Assembly (NCBI GenBank): GCA_023244855.1
Contig: JAHFLO010000003.1
Coordinates: forward strand, 1-58,198
Direction: 5' to 3'
Source: Candidatus Harrisonbacteria bacterium
GTDB taxonomy: Bacteria; Patescibacteriota; Minisyncoccia; UBA6257; UBA11618
Length of the DNA stretch: 58,198 nt
This document shows, piece by piece, positions 37,803-48,264 of this stretch. Each line of letters opens with the position of its first letter. The first letter of the stretch is position 1. The notes under the pieces are model-generated. The model was not told the origin of the DNA. It saw only the letters and a list, made by a program, of their open reading frames with translations, and searched no databases. Position numbers and translations under genes: made by a program.

Positions 37803-38929
37803 GACATCTTCTCTTTATCAGCACCACCCTTCGGCCCGATAGCGGTTACGGCAGCCTTACTCGGAACCACTGCGACGCCTTCTATGATAAGGGTGTTCCA
37901 TTTACACTTCTCCTGCCGCATACTGCGGAACGGGCGATTGTGCCGTATGCGACGCAGGTCCGGTATGTCTTGCCTAATCTACCGCTTAATTTCGGCGCGT
38001 TGCCCGATTTACCTAAACTCCGCCATTTTTACGCTAGCGTCCGGTGGGAATGCGCTGCTTCTACGCTCATGCATTCCTTGCTCGATTTTCCCTACGCCGC
38101 GCTCGGGTTCCGCATGGCGCGCACGCGGCGCATCCCGTTCTTTTTTTCCGCGCTCGGTACGTATTCGGTAGCCCCTTTCGGACGTCGCATCGACCGCGCG
38201 TTGTTCATGCCGGCGTACCGCGGCGCGCGGCGCATCTTTGCCATAAGCGATTTCACCGCGGAGGCGATGCAGGCAGCCGCGGGAGAGGAGCGGCATATTG
38301 ATACGGTGCGGTTGCCCGCGCCCCCGCCAACGCCTTCCGTCTCCCGTTCTTTCTCTTGGCTTCCGTCTTCGGCGCGCGTCATTCTTTCAGTTGGACCTTT
38401 GAAGGAGCGGAAGGGAATGGACGTGCTGGTGCGGGCTATGCCGGCTATCGTCCGGCTGCTGCCCGACGCGCATCTCGTGATAGCCGCCGCATATGGCGAT
38501 GAGCGGCCGTATCGCGCTCTCGCTGAGGAAGGCGGCGTCGCGGGCAACGTGCATATCGTCCGGAATCCTTCCGCGGATGAGCTTGGGGCACTCTTCGCCC
38601 GCGCCGACCTTTTTTCGATGACGCCGCGCTCCGTAGACAGCGAATTCGAGGGGTATGGTCTCGTCTATGGCGAGGCGGGGTGGTATCGCCTGCCGGTCGT
38701 CGCTTCCCGTTCGGGTGGCGTTCCCGAGGCCGTGCTAGACGGCGAAACGGGCATCTTGGTTCCCGAAAATGATCCTTGCGTCACTGCGCAGGCGATTATT
38801 TCAGTTCTTCGCGACGAGCGGCTTGCGCGGCGTTTAGGGGATGCCGGTTATGCTCATGCATCTCGCCGCACGACGGCCCGTTATGCCGAAGAGCTTCTTG
38901 CCTTATATGAGGCGCCATACCAGCCATAG
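37799..38929 (+). CDS. GT4 glycosyltransferase
   Basis: GPLKERKG, FEGYGLVYGEA and SGGVPEAV motifs. Confidence 0.9.
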   Translation: MRHLLFISTTLRPDSGYGSLTRNHCDAFYDKGVPFTLLLPHTAERAIVPYATQVRYVLPNLPLNFGALPDLPKLRHFYASVRWECAASTLMHSLLDFPYAALGFRMARTRRIPFFFSALGTYSVAPFGRRIDRALFMPAYRGARRIFAISDFTAEAMQAAAGEERHIDTVRLPAPPPTPSVSRSFSWLPSSARVILSVGPLKERKGMDVLVRAMPAIVRLLPDAHLVIAAAYGDERPYRALAEEGGVAGNVHIVRNPSADELGALFARADLFSMTPRSVDSEFEGYGLVYGEAGWYRLPVVASRSGGVPEAVLDGETGILVPENDPCVTAQAIISVLRDERLARRLGDAGYAHASRRTTARYAEELLALYEAPYQP

Positions 38930-40090
38930 GGCGATCACGGCGTTCGCGAAACGGGCGAGGATCCGGGCGCTTACCGCGCCTAGTATTCCAAGGGGCGGTA
39001 TGAGAATAAGTGAGAAAATGAAGATCGTCGACGTTCCTGCACCAGTAAGGATAATCGAGCCTTTTTTATGCAGGAGGCCGTCTAAGGCGGACTCGGCTAG
39101 GTGGGCGGGAAAGGCGAGGAATGATATGGCAAGTAACTGGGAAAATGGCGCGGCTTCTGGATAGATAGGGAAAACAAGTCGGAAAAATGTTGGCGCTGCG
39201 AGGACATATGCTAGGGCGCAGGCGAAGGCGATAAGCGTCGCCTGTATGAGTCGGGAGGTAAGCATCTTTCGTACGGCGCCTTTTTCCATTATCGCGATGC
39301 GCGCGGCCGAGAGGACGCCGAGATTCTTCACGAGGCCCTTTATCGCTTCCGGGGCTATGCGGGCGATACCGTAGACGGCTACCTCGCGCGGCTCGAGGAA
39401 CGCATTGAGTAAGAGGATGTCGGCGTAATTTGCCGTCCATGCGACGCTTTCGATCCAGCTCGTCTTTTTGCCGAACGACAGCGCCTCGTAGCTTACGGTC
39501 CCGCTCTGCGCTACGGGGCTCGTTGATGCGCGGTACGCCCATAATCCGGTCGTCGCTGCCCCCGCGCAGGAAATAGCGAATACGAGCGGCGCGGCATACG
39601 CCGGAAAAACGAGTCCGGCGATTACGAACGCGCTTGCCGCGGCGAACGATGCTCCGAGGGAATGCGCGGCATACGCCCGTACGCTTCCCGTTCCCACGCA
39701 ATACGCCTCGTAGAAGCCGCTGATCGCGGAGGGAGCGAAGAATGGGATACTTACGGCGATAGCGGTTGCGAGACCATATCGTCCGGTTACGGCGTAATAG
39801 ACAGCGGTGGCGAGGAGTCCGATCATGCCGTATCTTGCCCTGCGGAATACGGCGGCGGCGGCGAGGGGGAACGTGCCGTATGCCTTGCGCGCGGCGGCCG
39901 TAACGAGCGCGGCAGGCATATTCGGGTATGCGGCGAGCGCAGCTATGGATGCGAATGTTCCCGCAACCTGATATTCTCCGAAGGCCGCCTTCGGCACGAT
40001 ACGCGCGACCACGGCGTATGCGGCAAGCATTAAGAGACCTCCTCCTGTGGAGGCTATGCTCATATATATCCCCTTCCGCGCAAGATTCAT
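38903..40090 (-). CDS. Wzx-like oligosaccharide flippase
   Basis: ~12 TM, FGEY, ADILLL..F...EVAVY and LIPPLGILGA motifs. Confidence 0.8.
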   Translation of the reverse strand: MNLARKGIYMSIASTGGGLLMLAAYAVVARIVPKAAFGEYQVAGTFASIAALAAYPNMPAALVTAAARKAYGTFPLAAAAVFRRARYGMIGLLATAVYYAVTGRYGLATAIAVSIPFFAPSAISGFYEAYCVGTGSVRAYAAHSLGASFAAASAFVIAGLVFPAYAAPLVFAISCAGAATTGLWAYRASTSPVAQSGTVSYEALSFGKKTSWIESVAWTANYADILLLNAFLEPREVAVYGIARIAPEAIKGLVKNLGVLSAARIAIMEKGAVRKMLTSRLIQATLIAFACALAYVLAAPTFFRLVFPIYPEAAPFSQLLAISFLAFPAHLAESALDGLLHKKGSIILTGAGTSTIFIFSLILIPPLGILGAVSARILARFANAVIALWLVWRLI

Positions 40091-40944
40091 GGCGTTTTCT
40101 CGAGTACGGCTATACTACCGTACCCGCATTCGCGGAAAACGGGAGCCGCTCTATACTTCTCGAGCTGGCGGGCAAGAGGAAGGAGGCTTGTAAAGTACGG
40201 GAAGCATAAACTCGAAGCTTCGAACCGGCGGATGCGGAAGCCGCCATCCCGCAGCTGCTTCCGCATAACATGCGGGTAGCGCCATACGTGAGGCAGCGTC
40301 TCGTCGCCGCGGTACCCCTCATCAATCCCTACGCCTCCCGCGTTCAGGAGTATCCTACCGAGTCCCACGAACCATGCGAATGGGGATCGGCGGGAGGCTG
40401 TCCAAAAAACGTCGCCGCCCAGGATGACGGCGGCGCATGGATTGAGGCACGTAGGCATCGCTATGACGGCGTTCGCTTTTGTGACGCGCCGTATTTCCGC
40501 AAGGCCTGTCTCGAAGCTTGGTAGGTGTTCAAGCACGTGCGAGCTCGTCACCCAGTCGAACGAGTCGGCGGGAAACGGAAGGTTCTCTGCGTCAGCTGTA
40601 AGGAATCGTATCGCATTTCCCACGCCGGCTTTTTCCGCATGCTGGCGTGCTTTCAGGATATTAACTTCCGAGATATCGCATGCGGTGACGAGGGCGCCTT
40701 TTTTCGCGAGCATGATCGCGAGTGTGCCGTCCCCACAGCCTGCGTCGAGAACCGTCGCGCCTGCCGGAATATGTGCTGCGATTGCCACGTATTCCGTCTC
40801 GTGGGCATATTTCCATAAGGCAAAATGGTTTTTCGTCCCGCTTGCGATACTTGATTCTTCTCGCTTGCGATATGTTTCCTTGATCGCCTGCCCGTTTTCC
40901 TTGCCTTTATTTGCGTTCATATCTGCGGCTCGCTCGTCTTCCAT
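40087..40944 (-). CDS. Class I SAM-dependent methyltransferase
   Basis: VLDAGCGDG, DAENLPFPADSFD and VLEH motifs. Confidence 0.9.
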   Translation of the reverse strand: MEDERAADMNANKGKENGQAIKETYRKREESSIASGTKNHFALWKYAHETEYVAIAAHIPAGATVLDAGCGDGTLAIMLAKKGALVTACDISEVNILKARQHAEKAGVGNAIRFLTADAENLPFPADSFDWVTSSHVLEHLPSFETGLAEIRRVTKANAVIAMPTCLNPCAAVILGGDVFWTASRRSPFAWFVGLGRILLNAGGVGIDEGYRGDETLPHVWRYPHVMRKQLRDGGFRIRRFEASSLCFPYFTSLLPLARQLEKYRAAPVFRECGYGSIAVLEKTP

Positions 40945-40995
40945 TGGCTCGTGGGCGATAAGGACGGTCTCGCCGTAGCTGACTGCTTTCGTCTT

Positions 40996-41571
40996 TCATT
41001 GGACTGCTTCGCGATCGAACTCGATCTCGTACACGCCTATCCAGTCTTTTGCCGCTTTTGCCTTAAGCCGTAGGGCAACGGCGGAAAACGGATCTTCGAT
41101 GCGCGTTATTTCTTCGTTGGGAAATCCTCCTTTCGCAATTACGCGCCATTCTTTTCCGTTCGATGTTGCTTCGAGGGACCAGTCGTTCACGTAGTTATTA
41201 CTTATGCCGAAATTACGCCAATGGATCCGTGTTTCGCGAACGTTGTAGGGACCGGAAAAAACAATTGTATAATCAAGCTTATCGTTGCCCGGCGCGGCCA
41301 TATTTGATAGCGATCCGTCGACGAGCGCTTGCGCCCCGTTGCCGCGAGCTATACTGTATTCGGGTGATTCGAAGGTATTGCTCGTGACTTCTATTTTGTC
41401 GGGGGTGGTAATGGCTAATTTTTCCGGAACGATCCTGCTCATTATGCAGAATATTCGCGGCAGACGTTCACTTACGCACCACGAGGAGGCCCTGACACTG
41501 AAAACGATGCTGAGCGCGGCAAATCCCAAAACAACGAGACCGCCGTATAGGATTTTTTCGAGTGCACCCAT
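40996..41571 (-). CDS. Membrane-anchored F5/8 type C (discoidin/CBM32-like) domain protein
   Basis: N-terminal TM; ALVDG, WSLEATSNGKEW, ALRL and VYEIE beta-sandwich pattern. Confidence 0.7.
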   Translation of the reverse strand: MGALEKILYGGLVVLGFAALSIVFSVRASSWCVSERLPRIFCIMSRIVPEKLAITTPDKIEVTSNTFESPEYSIARGNGAQALVDGSLSNMAAPGNDKLDYTIVFSGPYNVRETRIHWRNFGISNNYVNDWSLEATSNGKEWRVIAKGGFPNEEITRIEDPFSAVALRLKAKAAKDWIGVYEIEFDREAVQ

Positions 41572-41611
41572 TTGATAGTATGGTAGCCGAACCGGCAGTG
41601 CCGTGCAATTC

Positions 41612-42142
41612 TTAAAAAATAAACCGTGTTATGCCGTTTTTTAGTATCGCGTATTTTTCTTCCACTGACGTCGCTTTTAAAAGTATGACCTCCATGTTTG
41701 CTAAGGGCTCTCTAGAGTTGGCTCTGCAGGGCGTTTGAAATGTAAGGGTGGTATAGGTGCCGTTGGAGCGGGGTGTCCGGCGTATGGCGCAAAAAAATCC
41801 TTTTTTGCTTTCTTCTACCCACATGACACCGAGAATTCCCTTATTCGTATCATAGAGCCTAAAAGGGCTTATGGTTCCGTTATTTTCAATGCCTACTATA
41901 TCGCCCATCGTGATAACCTCCTTTGTTTTTTTGGAGAATATAACGAGCTCGTACCAAAAAGAGAGGGGTTGTATGCTATTAAATGCTAGGGGGATGTTTT
42001 TTTGATCTTTTATTTTAAGGTTGATTGTCCGCGGATATGCTGGGCCAGCTATCGGCATCACGGCTCCTTGGAGGCTCAGCGTCGCATAGACGAAGCCGAG
42101 GGTAATAGCCATGGATGCGAAAACCGCTGTTTTATGCCGCAT
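41612..42142 (-). CDS. Hypothetical membrane-anchored protein (paralog of 43564-44094)
   Basis: N-terminal hydrophobic segment; start moved to ATG 42142 (176 aa). Confidence 0.7.
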   Translation of the reverse strand: MRHKTAVFASMAITLGFVYATLSLQGAVMPIAGPAYPRTINLKIKDQKNIPLAFNSIQPLSFWYELVIFSKKTKEVITMGDIVGIENNGTISPFRLYDTNKGILGVMWVEESKKGFFCAIRRTPRSNGTYTTLTFQTPCRANSREPLANMEVILLKATSVEEKYAILKNGITRFIF

Positions 42143-43571
42143 ATGTTTTTTTATCGCGCATAGCCATATACGTAATTGCCGTAAGTGCCAGTATAGCTCC
42201 GTAGGAATATGCGATATCTGTATTTTCGGGAATATAGGAAGTGAATTGCCATAAGAAAAGCGCTCCCGTTGCAACTACGAACGCTCCTGTAGCGATAAAA
42301 AACGCTTTTTTGGGCCGTAATGCGAAAATGGCAAACGGCGCGGCAATGGACGAGAGATAGGGGGAGCTCACTATGAGGATTCCTCCGTATACGAGGATAT
42401 AATGTGCTCCTGCCGCGAGCAGTCCTGCAAGGAGTATAGGGGGTGCGGACGGCGTCGCTAAGAGTCCCATGAGCGTGCTTGCAAGAAGCATCGGTCGATG
42501 GGAAGAAAAATACGCTGATGCCGATCCGGCTTCTAGGATGCCGCATGCTGCCGCTACGGCAAGCGGCGCCATAACCAGTGTAAGGGTGTAATACCCTTTT
42601 TTATTTTCAGGATTTTTTTCGCGCGATCGCCGCCATACGAAAACACCGAAGAGTAGTGCAAGGGCGGATACTGATGCGATAAAAAGCGGCACCCCGTATA
42701 TAGTGTCCGGTAGCGCAATTTGCGGGAAGGTGTTCATAAAGAATGGCTTGTCGTTTCTAAAACGAAGATATTCCATTGAGTGCCATATGCCGGCAAGGGC
42801 AGCAATGAATATGCCGATACGGCTTTCAGAAGAAAAAAAACGTTTTTCGGTAACGGCTTTGAAAAGGGAATGCGAAAAGAAAACGGCGACGGCGAACGAT
42901 GCTATCCATTGTTCCGAAAAAAGCGCGGCCGCGAAAAATCCCTCTTGTAAAAATGGGATATTTTTTTTGCCGTTTTCCTGCCGCGCGGTAAAGAGTAACC
43001 AGAGGAGAATAAAAGGCATTCCCGCCACAAATTTCATTCCTTGGGTAAAGGGCACGAGGCGGTAAGAAAAAACGAATGCGTATGCGCCAAGGAGCGCCGT
43101 TCCCGCCGAGCCCGTTATTTCTTTACCTAGGATTAAAAGAGCTATGAGTGCGATAACCCTGCTTATGAGCCCGATAAGAATAAGGATCTCCCCTTCGGCA
43201 TTTTCTCCTTTTATGAAAAATGCCGCGAACCGTGCTTCGGCGGGCAATACAAGCATCGGTGCTGTACGGATAAGGGGCGCTGTCGTTACGCCTTGGTAAA
43301 TGGCCGCGTCATGGAAATCGCCGTAGAACTCGACTGCACGCGCAGCCGAGGGGTATGCGGCGATTGTAAATCCTCCGATTTCAAAGAGTATGAGAAATAA
43401 GAAGAGGATGGTGTTTACAGTTTTTCCTGCGAAGTATTTTTTACAATAAGGTGCTGCAATTAATGCTCCGGCGGAAAAAATCCCGATCGCGATACCCGCA
43501 GACCCGAGATCTTTGCCTAGATACCACATAAGACCCCCCCCGAAAAAGGCTATAAGGCTGTTTTTAACCAT
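42132..43571 (-). CDS. Polytopic membrane protein (paralog of 44078-45556)
   Basis: Many TM helices; FYGDFH, PFTQG and FSEQW motifs. Confidence 0.75.
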   Translation of the reverse strand: MVKNSLIAFFGGGLMWYLGKDLGSAGIAIGIFSAGALIAAPYCKKYFAGKTVNTILFLFLILFEIGGFTIAAYPSAARAVEFYGDFHDAAIYQGVTTAPLIRTAPMLVLPAEARFAAFFIKGENAEGEILILIGLISRVIALIALLILGKEITGSAGTALLGAYAFVFSYRLVPFTQGMKFVAGMPFILLWLLFTARQENGKKNIPFLQEGFFAAALFSEQWIASFAVAVFFSHSLFKAVTEKRFFSSESRIGIFIAALAGIWHSMEYLRFRNDKPFFMNTFPQIALPDTIYGVPLFIASVSALALLFGVFVWRRSREKNPENKKGYYTLTLVMAPLAVAAACGILEAGSASAYFSSHRPMLLASTLMGLLATPSAPPILLAGLLAAGAHYILVYGGILIVSSPYLSSIAAPFAIFALRPKKAFFIATGAFVVATGALFLWQFTSYIPENTDIAYSYGAILALTAITYMAMRDKKTYAA

Positions 43572-44094
43572 AGAGATTTTTTTTGAGCGTACGTAGTTTT
43601 TCCTTAAATCCAGTCGGGCGCAGGAGGGTTATTTCGAGAGATGATAAGGATGCTGTTTCGGGTATGGCGCAGTCGGAGTCTATTTTTGGCAGCGCGCTCT
43701 CCCTTGTTTTCGTTATCCAACATGCGTATTTAGCGTTCGTTGCGGCATCGGTTGCCGTAAGTAAGCCGAACCGCCTTCCTTCCGTATTATAATAAGAGAA
43801 AATTTTTATGTGGGGAATGAAGAACTGCACGAGGTTGCTCCGTTTCACGGCGGACTTCGTCCGTATTCGGTACCGTTCGTACGAAAAATAAAAATAATCA
43901 TCCGGCCGCTTTCGTTCCATCGGCATCCAATTACCATCCTCATCTCGTATGTGCATGCTTTCGGGTGGCGGGAGAGAAGCGTAGCCGAAAAGCGCGGATC
44001 CTTGCAGTGCGCAATTAACCGCTATTGCAATGGCCGTTACGGCGCAGGATGCGGCGATTATGGCGAATAGGAAATTTTTAAACGGTAGGTTCAT
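43564..44094 (-). CDS. Hypothetical membrane-anchored protein
   Basis: N-terminal hydrophobic segment; 176 aa; overlaps both neighbours operon-style. Confidence 0.7.
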   Translation of the reverse strand: MNLPFKNFLFAIIAASCAVTAIAIAVNCALQGSALFGYASLPPPESMHIRDEDGNWMPMERKRPDDYFYFSYERYRIRTKSAVKRSNLVQFFIPHIKIFSYYNTEGRRFGLLTATDAATNAKYACWITKTRESALPKIDSDCAIPETASLSSLEITLLRPTGFKEKLRTLKKNLYG

Positions 44095-45556
44095 TGGAAT
44101 TTTTTCGTATAAGAGGCAGAAGCGCCCCCGCGATAATAAGCGCGAATATTCCGGTTTTATTCCAGCCCTCCGTATATTCTATAAAGCGGAAGAGCCACAC
44201 CGTTCCTAAAATAGCGAGGGATGTCATATATGCGATTACGGGAAATGGCCTTACGTTCCCATATGCCGTACGGTGCGAACAGAGCACTATGAGCGCGAAC
44301 GCGATACCGTCGAGATACGGCGACAAAGGGACGAAGATGCCGAAAAAAGAAAGTATTGGTACGATCGCCGCCATTGCGGCGAATGCCATGCAGGCAGCGC
44401 TTTCAAAATCAATGGCTTTGCGCTGGACTGATTCGTAAGCGAGCGTAATCCAGAACGGCGCCCCCAGTATCCAATATACGCTTACCGGTTTCATGATACC
44501 CAGTATGTTTTCCATTATGGCGAAATGTCTTCCTATCGCGAACATAATCGGCATAACGAATCCGAATATGATAAAGGCATGCCCTTTGAAGTTGTGCGTT
44601 TTGCGTGTTTTTCCGTAATAGAGCATGCCGCCAGCGAGAGAAATAACGCAAAAGAGAAAATAGAGGGCGTATATTCCATTCGTTTGCGGGTCGCGATGCG
44701 CATGCGCTTGGAGCGAAAGAAGCGGCTGTATGCCGTTTACGGATCGCATCCATTCAATTGCGGTCAGGGCGCTCGCCGCAATCGCCATGAAGAAAGCGCA
44801 GATGGTATCTTTTGCAGTTACGGATTCTCTTCCCTGCGCGGCTATCTTTACCATCGGCGTGAAGGCGTACGCTGCCGCGATCACGAGCGTTAACCATTGT
44901 TCCGAAAAAGCCGCGGCAAAACCCGCTATACATTCAACTCCGAGCCATACGGGATCGGGCTTTTTCGCGGTGCGCAGGAAGCTGATCGCCCATATGAAAA
45001 AAAAGGGCAATCCTACGACGAACTTAAGCCCTTGCGTAAACGGTATAAGGAGATAGGAAAAGGTGAACGCGAAGATGCCCATGACAAGGCCGCGCTTTGT
45101 TGCCCCAAGCGCAGAGCCGAGCATTGCAAAAGCGGTAACGCCCAGCACCCTACTTATGAGCGAAACGAGCAGGATAAGGGTCATATTATCCTGATGTAGG
45201 AAAAGCTGGAGCGCTCTCACCTCGAGAAACCACAGCCCAAGAAACGGCGGAATCGCAGTTTCGCGGTTTATAAGGGTCGGGGCATAACTGCTATGGAAAT
45301 CGCCATAAAATCCCCATGCGCTTTCAAGCGAATGATAGGCGATCGTCGTAAATCCTATGATATGGAAAAGTCCGAGAAATAGGAGAGTGGTTATAAGCAG
45401 GCGTTTTTGGGGATGCCTTCCAAGAAAGAAGCGTGCGGTAAGCATGGCACTGAGGGAGAGGGCGGTTATCGGCAGGGCGAGAAAGCCGAGATGTTCTACG
45501 GCGCGGTAGAGCGCAAGGACAATACCTGAGATAGCAAAAAACGGAAGTATGGCCAT
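44078..45556 (-). CDS. Polytopic membrane protein
   Basis: Many TM helices; FYGDFH, PFTQG and FSEQW motifs. Confidence 0.75.
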   Translation of the reverse strand: MAILPFFAISGIVLALYRAVEHLGFLALPITALSLSAMLTARFFLGRHPQKRLLITTLLFLGLFHIIGFTTIAYHSLESAWGFYGDFHSSYAPTLINRETAIPPFLGLWFLEVRALQLFLHQDNMTLILLVSLISRVLGVTAFAMLGSALGATKRGLVMGIFAFTFSYLLIPFTQGLKFVVGLPFFFIWAISFLRTAKKPDPVWLGVECIAGFAAAFSEQWLTLVIAAAYAFTPMVKIAAQGRESVTAKDTICAFFMAIAASALTAIEWMRSVNGIQPLLSLQAHAHRDPQTNGIYALYFLFCVISLAGGMLYYGKTRKTHNFKGHAFIIFGFVMPIMFAIGRHFAIMENILGIMKPVSVYWILGAPFWITLAYESVQRKAIDFESAACMAFAAMAAIVPILSFFGIFVPLSPYLDGIAFALIVLCSHRTAYGNVRPFPVIAYMTSLAILGTVWLFRFIEYTEGWNKTGIFALIIAGALLPLIRKNSNEPTV

Positions 45557-45578
45557 TACTGAACAGTATACCTCGTAT

Positions 45579-47201
45579 CTAAAGCTTTTTTCTGTCTACG
45601 GAAAAAACGCGGACTTTCCATTGGGAATTAGTTTCGTAGTTGGAATACACCTGTTGTAGGTATGGCGGAAACGTTTCGCCGGTATATATGGAGAGGTATT
45701 TATCGGGGGCAAAAGCATAGCTTGTCTTTACCACTCCATCTAAAACGAGATAATCGACAGCATTTTTTTTAAGCCATGGGCGCAATGAGTCAATATCGTC
45801 GAATTTTCCCGGATATGCCGTTTCAAGTCCTGTGTGCGGTGCTATAACGTCGAACATTCCCCTGCCGCCGATACGCGCATCTGGTAATTGCATCGTAAGA
45901 ATGTCCGAGCCGTTACCGATGGCTATCTTCCCCTTTAGTCTAACGGAAAGCCAATTCGCCCATAGGGCGCCGTCGCGTGTTTGTACGTTCCTGTCTTTAG
46001 ATGTGAAGAGAAAGAACGAGAATATCCCGATCATGAAAAAGGCGGCGGTCGCGATACCGGCGCACATGAGGGCATCGCGCCGTTCCTTTTTGGTAATGAG
46101 CTCATTGAATTCATGCGCGGCGAGCACGATAAAGAGCGGTATAAGCGGCATGATATGGCGCGGATTGTAATAGATGTGGAAGACCGGAACGAGGCCGACG
46201 ATCCATACGAAAAACGCAATATATAGCGGATATATTTTTTTATTCGCGTATCCCCGCTCTGCGACGTTGCACGTCACCATTAGCAAGTACGGTAACGTAT
46301 TGAGGAATATGGTCGTTAGAAGTAGTACTAGCCCCCCTAAGGCGAATTTATCCGCATAATCCGTCACTGTGTGGGTAGATATGTACGTGCCGAACGGGAC
46401 TGCAGGTACGGCAGACCCCCATGCGTCCGTATACGTATCCGAAAAGTATTTGCTGTTTTCCCCGTAGTAGAACGCTGAACCAAACCATACTGCGCGTTGC
46501 AAGAGAAACGGGGTGGCAATAGCCCAAAACACCGCTATCGCGGCAGCAATGTAGGCGAGGCATCGTTTACCTTTTTTCCGTTCCCAGAGCCAATAGGAGA
46601 TGAGGATTACGGGTAGTATGAAGACGCCATTAGGCCGCACCCAGTAGGCAAGGCCGGCGACGCCTGTGCTTGCAAGAAGCATAGCGGGACGTTCTTGCGC
46701 CGCATAGAGGAGTGCTATGGAAATAAGAAATAGGAGTATGAAAAGAGGTTCGCTCATGGCAATCGCCCCGCTATGTTCGATTATGGTGAGAGGGAAAGCG
46801 AAGCAGAAAAATGCCATCGTGAGGATATGAGTCCGCGGCGACGGATCTACATGTTTTATTATGTAAATAAGGGGAAAAATACTTAGAGCCGAAAGCGCGC
46901 TTGCGAGCAATGAAGCGCTTACTAAGTTTTCGAAGATTGATACGTGTGGCACGAGCCGAAAGAGTCCTGCAAGTAGTAGGGGCCACCCTATAGCGTGGGT
47001 GCGTATCGGCGACCAATCACCGTGCGCTATTTCCAGTCCTTTCAGGACGTATATGTAGGGATCTGAACGCTGGAACGGGAAATTGGTAAGGTGCCAAAAA
47101 AGAAACGGAAAAAAATAACGTACAAGGAGCGTGAGCGCAAAGAAAAAGAAGATGGTGAGCCCTATCGACCGTTCCGCGCGGTTGAGAATATTTTTAAGCA
47201 T
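45579..47201 (-). CDS. GT-C (PMT/ArnT-like) glycosyltransferase
   Basis: DPYIY, GWPLLLA, SEPLF, VRPNG and RHIMPLIP motifs; polytopic with a C-terminal soluble domain. Confidence 0.8.
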   Translation of the reverse strand: MLKNILNRAERSIGLTIFFFFALTLLVRYFFPFLFWHLTNFPFQRSDPYIYVLKGLEIAHGDWSPIRTHAIGWPLLLAGLFRLVPHVSIFENLVSASLLASALSALSIFPLIYIIKHVDPSPRTHILTMAFFCFAFPLTIIEHSGAIAMSEPLFILLFLISIALLYAAQERPAMLLASTGVAGLAYWVRPNGVFILPVILISYWLWERKKGKRCLAYIAAAIAVFWAIATPFLLQRAVWFGSAFYYGENSKYFSDTYTDAWGSAVPAVPFGTYISTHTVTDYADKFALGGLVLLLTTIFLNTLPYLLMVTCNVAERGYANKKIYPLYIAFFVWIVGLVPVFHIYYNPRHIMPLIPLFIVLAAHEFNELITKKERRDALMCAGIATAAFFMIGIFSFFLFTSKDRNVQTRDGALWANWLSVRLKGKIAIGNGSDILTMQLPDARIGGRGMFDVIAPHTGLETAYPGKFDDIDSLRPWLKKNAVDYLVLDGVVKTSYAFAPDKYLSIYTGETFPPYLQQVYSNYETNSQWKVRVFSVDRKKL

Positions 47202-48264
47202 GGGCTGTATTTCTTATGAATCGTCTGCGTGCCCATGCGTTTACCGGTTTTTCGATAAGAATGTATGAAAGGCCGGCGCACGGGATGAGTAATAATGGCA
47301 CTGCAAACGGAGAATATGCTCCATATCGGTTTGAAAGGTCGGTAAAGGGCTGTTGCCAGAGATATATACTGTAGGACGCCATTCCGATTTTTGCTATAGC
47401 GGAAAAGAAACGCGATGAGGTCAATTTCTTGATATCGTATGTTAATGAAATCACGCAAAGCGCACCAAGAGGAAAAAAGGCGCGCAATATCTGGAAGTAA
47501 TGGGCATGGCTCCGTATATCGGTAAGTGCGGGAATCGCGATTGTCATTATAGTTAGCACGGCGACGCATTGGAGGCGCCACTCACGGATTATTTTTCTGA
47601 AAACAGGGCTTATTGCATAGAGTGCGCCGACAATGATATGCGCGAACGAGATTCCGTTATCGATCCAATCATACATAAAAAATCCAGAGAATGAGAGGGC
47701 TATGAGGGAGAGGATTAGAATTTTGACGTAGTTTGGGCGGATGAAGGGGGTAGTTAAAAGGAGGAATGCAGGCCAAAAAAGATAAAATTGCTCTTCTATG
47801 GAAAGGCTCCATAAATGACCGAAATTCCATCCGCATTCCATTCCGATCGGGATATTTGCGAGAAACGCTACGCACGGTACCCGTACGTCTGTAACCGACA
47901 GCCATCCTATATGCCCTGATATGAAAATAAAAAGGAGATATACGCAATACGCCGGAAGGATTCTTAAGAATCTTCGAATATAGAATAGGCGCGCGTTTAT
48001 TCTGCCGTGCGTAGCCTCTTCTTCGATAAGCATTTTAGTTATGATGTATCCGCTTATGACGAAAAATATTTTTACGCCGAGACCTCCTAATCTTGATCCT
48101 ATGATAGGGATCCATTCGAGCGTTCGTTCGTGGGCAGTGCCGTAAAAAATATGATGGAAACGGAACCACGTAAAATGATGAACAAGAACTAATAGGATGC
48201 TTATCCCCCGCCAGAAGTCGAGTATCGTATCACGCCCGTTTTTAAGCGGTTGGGGTTCTTCCAT
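47194..48264 (-). CDS. Acyltransferase 3 (OafA-like O-acetyltransferase)
   Basis: LDFWRG, GVKIFFVISGYII, RRFLRILP, HLWSLSIEEQFY and SYSIYLWQ motifs. Confidence 0.95.
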   Translation of the reverse strand: MEEPQPLKNGRDTILDFWRGISILLVLVHHFTWFRFHHIFYGTAHERTLEWIPIIGSRLGGLGVKIFFVISGYIITKMLIEEEATHGRINARLFYIRRFLRILPAYCVYLLFIFISGHIGWLSVTDVRVPCVAFLANIPIGMECGWNFGHLWSLSIEEQFYLFWPAFLLLTTPFIRPNYVKILILSLIALSFSGFFMYDWIDNGISFAHIIVGALYAISPVFRKIIREWRLQCVAVLTIMTIAIPALTDIRSHAHYFQILRAFFPLGALCVISLTYDIKKLTSSRFFSAIAKIGMASYSIYLWQQPFTDLSNRYGAYSPFAVPLLLIPCAGLSYILIEKPVNAWARRRFIRNTAHA

